From: Ferroacidibacillus organovorans
GTDB taxonomy: Bacteria > Bacillota > Bacilli > Alicyclobacillales > SLC66
Length of the DNA stretch: 64,000 bases
Direction of reading: 5' to 3'
NCBI RefSeq assembly: GCF_001642725.1
Contig: NZ_LSUQ01000010.1
Span: 1-64,000 of the forward strand
In this document: positions 59,444 to 64,000 of the stretch, piece after piece
Layout: the number at the start of each line of letters is the position of its first letter
Numbering within the stretch: the stretch's first letter is position 1
Notes under the pieces: model-generated
Database searches by the model: none
What the model was told of the DNA's origin: nothing
Seen by the model: the letters and a program-made list of their open reading frames with translations, nothing else
Translations under genes and position numbers: made by a program

Positions 59444-60142
59444 TTGGCTGTCGTATCCATGAAGCAATTGCTTGAAGCAGGTGTTCATTTTGGCCACCAA
59501 ACCCGTCGTTGGAATCCGAAAATGGATCGTTACATTTTTACGGAGCGCAACGGCATTTATATCATTGATCTGCAAAAAACTGTAAAAAAAGTTGAAGAGG
59601 CTTATCAGTTTGTTCGGCAGATCGCGACAGAAGGCAAAACACTGCTTTTCGTAGGCACGAAAAAACAAGCGCAAGATTCAGTTCGTGATGAAGCGTTGCG
59701 TTGCGGCGGATACTATGTGAATCAACGTTGGTTGGGCGGCACGCTCACAAACTTTTCGACAATCCAAAAAAGAATCGATCGACTGCGCACGCTTGAGTGT
59801 ATGGAGTCGGACGGGACGTTTGATGTTCTCCCCAAAAAAGAAGTGATCATTCTTCGCAAGGAGCAAGAGCGCCTTGAAAAGTTTTTGGGCGGAATCAAAG
59901 ATATGAAGAAGATGCCAGGCGCGCTTTTCATCATCGATCCGCGTAAAGAACGCATTGCGGTCGCTGAGGCAAGAAAATTGGGAATTCCTATCGTTGGGAT
60001 CGTCGATACAAACTGTGATCCGGATGAGATTGACTATGTGATTCCGGGGAATGACGATGCGATTCGCGCTGTGAAACTTTTGTGTGGAAAAATGGCAGAC
60101 GCGATTTTAGAAGGAAGTCAGGACGAAGAGTCTGTGTCTTGA
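59444..60142 (+). CDS. rpsB: 30S ribosomal protein S2
   Basis: [38 protein letters not shown]. Confidence 0.98.
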   Translation: MAVVSMKQLLEAGVHFGHQTRRWNPKMDRYIFTERNGIYIIDLQKTVKKVEEAYQFVRQIATEGKTLLFVGTKKQAQDSVRDEALRCGGYYVNQRWLGGTLTNFSTIQKRIDRLRTLECMESDGTFDVLPKKEVIILRKEQERLEKFLGGIKDMKKMPGALFIIDPRKERIAVAEARKLGIPIVGIVDTNCDPDEIDYVIPGNDDAIRAVKLLCGKMADAILEGSQDEESVS

Positions 60143-60200
60143 TCTTCTTTGAATACTGCGTTTAAACTTACTTTTTGAACGAAACAGGAGTCGATACAGG

Positions 60201-60854
60201 ATGGCTACAATCACAGCTGCAGCGGTAAAAGAGTTACGGGAGAAAACGGGCGCTGGGATGCTTGATTGCAAAAAGGCGCTGACTGAGACGGACGGAAATT
60301 TAGAGAAGGCGATTGAGTTTTTGCGTGAGCAAGGACTCGCCTCGGCTGCCAAAAAGGCAGGGCGTATCGCGGCAGAAGGTGTTGTTGAGTCTTACATTCA
60401 CGCAGGCGGACGCATTGGCGTGCTCGTCGAAGTAAACTGTGAGACGGATTTTGTCGCAAAGACCGATGAGTTTCGCATGCTGGCGCGCGATATCGCAATG
60501 CATATTGCAGCCTCGCGCCCAGAGTATCTTCGTCGTGAGGACATTCCGCAAGAGGTTGTCGATCACGAAACGGAAGTGTTTCGTCAGCAGACCTTGAATG
60601 AAGGAAAGCCGGAAGCGATTGTCAATAAGATTGTCGCAGGCAAGGTTGACAAGTATTTGCGAGAACTCTGTCTTCTTGATCAGCCGTTTGTCAAAGATCC
60701 TTCCGCGACCGTCGCCAATATTGTCGCCACAAAGATCGGGAAAATTGGTGAAAACATCTCGATTCGGCGGTTTGTGCGCTATGAGATGGGCGAGGGATTG
60801 GAAAAGAAACAGGATGACTTCGTTGCGGAAGTGATGGCACAAGTGAAAAAGTGA
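60201..60854 (+). CDS. tsf: elongation factor Ts (short form)
   Basis: [29 protein letters not shown]. Confidence 0.98.
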   Translation: MATITAAAVKELREKTGAGMLDCKKALTETDGNLEKAIEFLREQGLASAAKKAGRIAAEGVVESYIHAGGRIGVLVEVNCETDFVAKTDEFRMLARDIAMHIAASRPEYLRREDIPQEVVDHETEVFRQQTLNEGKPEAIVNKIVAGKVDKYLRELCLLDQPFVKDPSATVANIVATKIGKIGENISIRRFVRYEMGEGLEKKQDDFVAEVMAQVKK

Positions 60855-60859
60855 TCAGT

Positions 60860-60887
60860 GAGGAGCACGGTGACGTGTTCCTCTTTT
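60860..60887 (+). terminator. intrinsic terminator after tsf
   Basis: GAGGAGCACG-GTGA-CGTGTTCCTC followed by TTTT. Confidence 0.75.
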
Positions 60888-60971
60888 CTGCCCCGCAGTG
60901 CGGGAATGAGTGATCAGGCGTTTCGTTGAAACGCGCGACATCCTTTGCCATAAACTGTGAGGGGGTACATA

Positions 60972-61694
60972 ATGGGGATGAAGTATCGCCGTGTCGTCTT
61001 AAAACTGAGTGGAGAAGCGTTGGCTGGTGACGGGGGATTTGGCATTTCGTCAGAGGTTGTAAAGACGGTTGCAGAACAAATCCGCGAAGCGACGGCGCTT
61101 GGTGTCCAAGTGGCGGTAGTCGTCGGCGGTGGCAACATTTGGCGGGGGGCTTCGGCGAGCGGCCAAGGGATGGAGCGCGCGCATGCGGATTACATGGGAA
61201 TGCTTGCAACGGTGCTAAACGCGCTTGCGCTCCAAGATGCGCTTGAAAAGTTTGAAGTGCCATCACGCGTTCAGACTTCCATTGAAATGAGACAGGTGGC
61301 AGAGCCGTACATTCGCCGTCGGGCGATACGTCACTTGGAAAAGGGTCGCGTGGTCATTTTTGCGGGCGGCACGGGTAATCCGTTTTTCACAACAGATACG
61401 ACTGCGGCGCTGCGCGCGGCGGAGATTGACGCAGACGTGATCTTGATGGCGAAAAATGGTGTGGATGGTGTCTATACGGCAGATCCCCAAAAAGTGGCGA
61501 CAGCAACCAAGTACGAAACACTGTCCTTCATGACGGTTCTCAGTCAAGGACTCGGTGTGATGGACGCCACGGCTACTTCGCTTTGTATGGATAACGACAT
61601 TCCCATTTTGGTCTTCTCGATCTCAATTGAAGGGAATATCGTTCGCGCAGTGCGCGGCGACGAGATCGGCACGATCGTACGAAGGGAGTCTTGA
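60972..61694 (+). CDS. pyrH: UMP kinase
   Basis: [25 protein letters not shown]. Confidence 0.98.
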   Translation: MGMKYRRVVLKLSGEALAGDGGFGISSEVVKTVAEQIREATALGVQVAVVVGGGNIWRGASASGQGMERAHADYMGMLATVLNALALQDALEKFEVPSRVQTSIEMRQVAEPYIRRRAIRHLEKGRVVIFAGGTGNPFFTTDTTAALRAAEIDADVILMAKNGVDGVYTADPQKVATATKYETLSFMTVLSQGLGVMDATATSLCMDNDIPILVFSISIEGNIVRAVRGDEIGTIVRRES

Positions 61695-61697
61695 ATC

Positions 61698-62255
61698 ATG
61701 ACTGTGGATTACGTTAAACAGGCAGAGGAGCGCATGGAAAAGTCGGTCGCGGCTTTAAAGAGGGATTTTGCAACCGTGCGCGCGGGACGCGCGACACCGT
61801 CGCTGCTCGACAAGGTGATGGTCGAATATTACGGTTCTTTGGTACCTATTTCGCAGATGGCCAACATCAGCGTGCCGGATTCACGAACCTTGTTGATCCA
61901 ACCTTGGGATAAGAGCAGCCTGAGTGACATAGAACGCTCGATCATGAAATCCGATCTTGGCTTGTCACCCTCAAATGACGGTGTCGTCATTCGTTTGATT
62001 TTGCCTCAATTGACAGAACAGCGTCGTGTTGAGTTGACGAAGGTGATTCGCAAACTTGCGGAAGAGGGGCGCGTCGCGGTACGTAATGTTCGCCGCGATG
62101 TGAATGATGATGTGAAAAAGGCGGAGAAACAGTCACTGCTCCCGGAAGATGAGAGCCGTCGCCTGCAAGAGAAAATCCAAGATGTCACAGACAAAACCGT
62201 CGCTGAGATTGATCGTTTGCTGGCGCAAAAAGAACGCGAACTGCTCGAGGTTTAA
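61698..62255 (+). CDS. frr: ribosome recycling factor
   Basis: RAGRA.PSLLD, SDLGLSPSNDG, VRNVRRD. Confidence 0.98.
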   Translation: MTVDYVKQAEERMEKSVAALKRDFATVRAGRATPSLLDKVMVEYYGSLVPISQMANISVPDSRTLLIQPWDKSSLSDIERSIMKSDLGLSPSNDGVVIRLILPQLTEQRRVELTKVIRKLAEEGRVAVRNVRRDVNDDVKKAEKQSLLPEDESRRLQEKIQDVTDKTVAEIDRLLAQKERELLEV

Positions 62256-62289
62256 ACAGGTTAAGGTCTAAACGGGTTGAGGGTAGATC

Positions 62290-63060
62290 ATGGCGCCTAA
62301 CTGGAAATCCATGTTTAAGAGCAAAGCGCGAAGTGTTCGTCTCCAGATCCCGGAAGGGATGCCTGTCCCTCAACATGTCGCGGTCATCATGGATGGCAAC
62401 GGCCGCTGGGCGACGGTGCGGGGACTCCCGCGTATGGCGGGTCATCACGCTGGGATGGGCGCGATGAGAGACGTGATTCGCGCGGCCGACGATGTTGGTG
62501 TGAAGTTTCTCACCATGTACGCGTTCTCCACGGAAAACTGGAAACGCCCCCGCCAAGAAATCCAATATCTCTGGCAACTTCTCGAGGAGTTTTTTTTACG
62601 CGATATCAAGGAACTCATCGAGCGCAATGTTGTAATTCGCTTTATTGGCGACACCACGCATCTCCCGCTTGCCTCGCAGAAAACAATTGAACGCGCAAAA
62701 GAGATGACTTGCTCCAATACAGGAATGGTCGTTCAATTCGCATTGAATTATGGCAGCCGTTTGGAGATTGTCGAAGCGATCAAAGCAATCGCGAAACGCG
62801 TCGAGTCAGGCGAGCTCTCACCCGATGATATTGACGATTCCGTTTTGTCCTCTCATTTGTCAACTGCAGGCATTCCTGACCCGGATCTGCTGATTCGCAC
62901 ATCCGGCGATCAACGCATCAGTAATTTTCTGCTATGGCAGATTGCGTACGCAGAACTCTATTTTTGTGATAAATTATGGCCAGAGTTTCATCGCGAAGAT
63001 TTTCTCGCAGCTCTTGAATCATATGGACGGCGCGAGCGTCGCTTTGGCGGTTTAAAATAG
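62290..63060 (+). CDS. uppS: undecaprenyl diphosphate synthase
   Basis: HVAVIMDGNGRWA, YAFSTENWKRP, RTSGDQRISNFLLWQ, RRFGG. Confidence 0.97.
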   Translation: MAPNWKSMFKSKARSVRLQIPEGMPVPQHVAVIMDGNGRWATVRGLPRMAGHHAGMGAMRDVIRAADDVGVKFLTMYAFSTENWKRPRQEIQYLWQLLEEFFLRDIKELIERNVVIRFIGDTTHLPLASQKTIERAKEMTCSNTGMVVQFALNYGSRLEIVEAIKAIAKRVESGELSPDDIDDSVLSSHLSTAGIPDPDLLIRTSGDQRISNFLLWQIAYAELYFCDKLWPEFHREDFLAALESYGRRERRFGGLK

Positions 63061-63116
63061 GGATAACCTATTTTTGTTTCGCGCGCGTGAAAGTAAAATT
63101 TGAAGTAGGTGTTCTG

Positions 63117-63908
63117 GTGCTCTTTCAACGAGTCATCACGGCCGTGCTTGGCGTGATCCTGGTGCTTTCTGCACTTTGGGTGGGCGGTGTTTTTCTGGGT
63201 TTGCTTTTTGCGGCGATCGCCGTCGTCAGCACGCTCGAGATCGGTACGATGATGAAGATCGCAAAGACAAGCGCGGAGAGTGTCGTGGCGATCGTCTTTG
63301 CGATCTTGATCGTCTTATGGCCAGGCTTTGAACGATTCTGGTTTGCCCTTTTTTATGCTCTGCTCGTGTTGACGATCGTTCGTCGGGAGTCGTTTTCTTT
63401 TTCTGGAGCGGGTGTGCTTTTTGCGGGCGCCCTTTATTCAAGCTATGCGTTTCGAACGCTCCTTGATCTTCGCGAAACCGCACACGGTCTCGCTTTTGTC
63501 ATGATTATCTTGATCGCGATCTGGTCGACGGACACAGGCGCCTTTTTTGTTGGACGAGCGCTTGGCGGGCGTAAATTAATGCCGGAAGTTAGCCCGAAGA
63601 AAACGGTGTCCGGGGCGTTTGGTGGACTCGTGCTCGCTGTGATTTTAACGGTAGTGACAGGCCTTTTCATGCTGCCGCACGCGCTGAATGATTGGGGGAT
63701 GCTCGCGCTGCTTGGTGCGATTATTTCCGTCTCTGGACAAACGGGTGATCTGGTGGAATCCGCGCTAAAGAGGCACTATGCTGTAAAAGACTCCGGGTGG
63801 TTGCTACCAGGTCACGGTGGGCTGCTTGATCGCTTTGACAGTCTCTTACTGGCCGCTCCCATCGCGTATCATTTTATCATTTGGTTCTTTCCAGCATATA
63901 TTCTTTAA
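63117..63908 (+). CDS. cdsA: phosphatidate cytidylyltransferase
   Basis: DTGAFFVG, SPKKT, GDLVESALKR..VKDSG.LLPGHGGLLDRFDS. Confidence 0.96.
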   Translation: MLFQRVITAVLGVILVLSALWVGGVFLGLLFAAIAVVSTLEIGTMMKIAKTSAESVVAIVFAILIVLWPGFERFWFALFYALLVLTIVRRESFSFSGAGVLFAGALYSSYAFRTLLDLRETAHGLAFVMIILIAIWSTDTGAFFVGRALGGRKLMPEVSPKKTVSGAFGGLVLAVILTVVTGLFMLPHALNDWGMLALLGAIISVSGQTGDLVESALKRHYAVKDSGWLLPGHGGLLDRFDSLLLAAPIAYHFIIWFFPAYIL

Positions 63909-63928
63909 GGATGAATCGAGGTGTCCGC

Positions 63929-64000
63929 GTGTCGAAAGCACTGATTCTTCTGGGGTGTACAGGCTCGATCGGTCGCCAGACGCTTGACGTCGTTTGTGCG
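63929..64000 (+). CDS. dxr: 1-deoxy-D-xylulose 5-phosphate reductoisomerase (5' fragment, truncated by window)
   Basis: GTG start after GAGGTG; translates MSKALILLGCTGSIGRQTLDVV; follows cdsA. Confidence 0.85.
   Translation, partial: MSKALILLGCTGSIGRQTLDVVCA

Noticed and set aside
60201..60854. Short EF-Ts as a truncation
   Set aside because: A short EF-Ts form is normal in many Bacillota and the C-terminus is intact

Overview
Chromosomal core-genome window of a Bacillota (Firmicutes) bacterium; gene order (rplS-rbgA-rnhB, sucCD-dprA-topA-trmFO-xerC-hslVU-codY, fla/che operon, rpsB-tsf-pyrH-frr-uppS-cdsA-dxr) is Bacillales-like, and an Alicyclobacillaceae-type organism is plausible (inference only). 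It opens with six tRNAs (Tyr, Gln, Thr, fMet, Phe, Cys), followed by about 17 kb of accessory genes. The most unusual element is a four-gene minus-strand membrane operon: an unannotated 51-aa membrane peptide, a cytochrome b6-like protein, a subunit-IV-like protein with a large inserted extracytoplasmic domain, and a small membrane protein, with no Rieske protein or c-type cytochrome. Other points of interest are a PASTA-domain pseudokinase, a glucosaminidase/O-antigen-ligase/lipoprotein envelope cluster whose RBS lies in a hairpin, an RNase HII-YraN fusion near comM and dprA, a GGA-rich two-hairpin leader before flgE, and a fla/che operon lacking cheB, cheA and sigD. Three apparent frameshifts (xerC, fliK, flhF) may be real or assembly errors. 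I saw no CRISPR array, transposase, prophage or rRNA. All family calls are from motif recognition by eye; no database searches were run.
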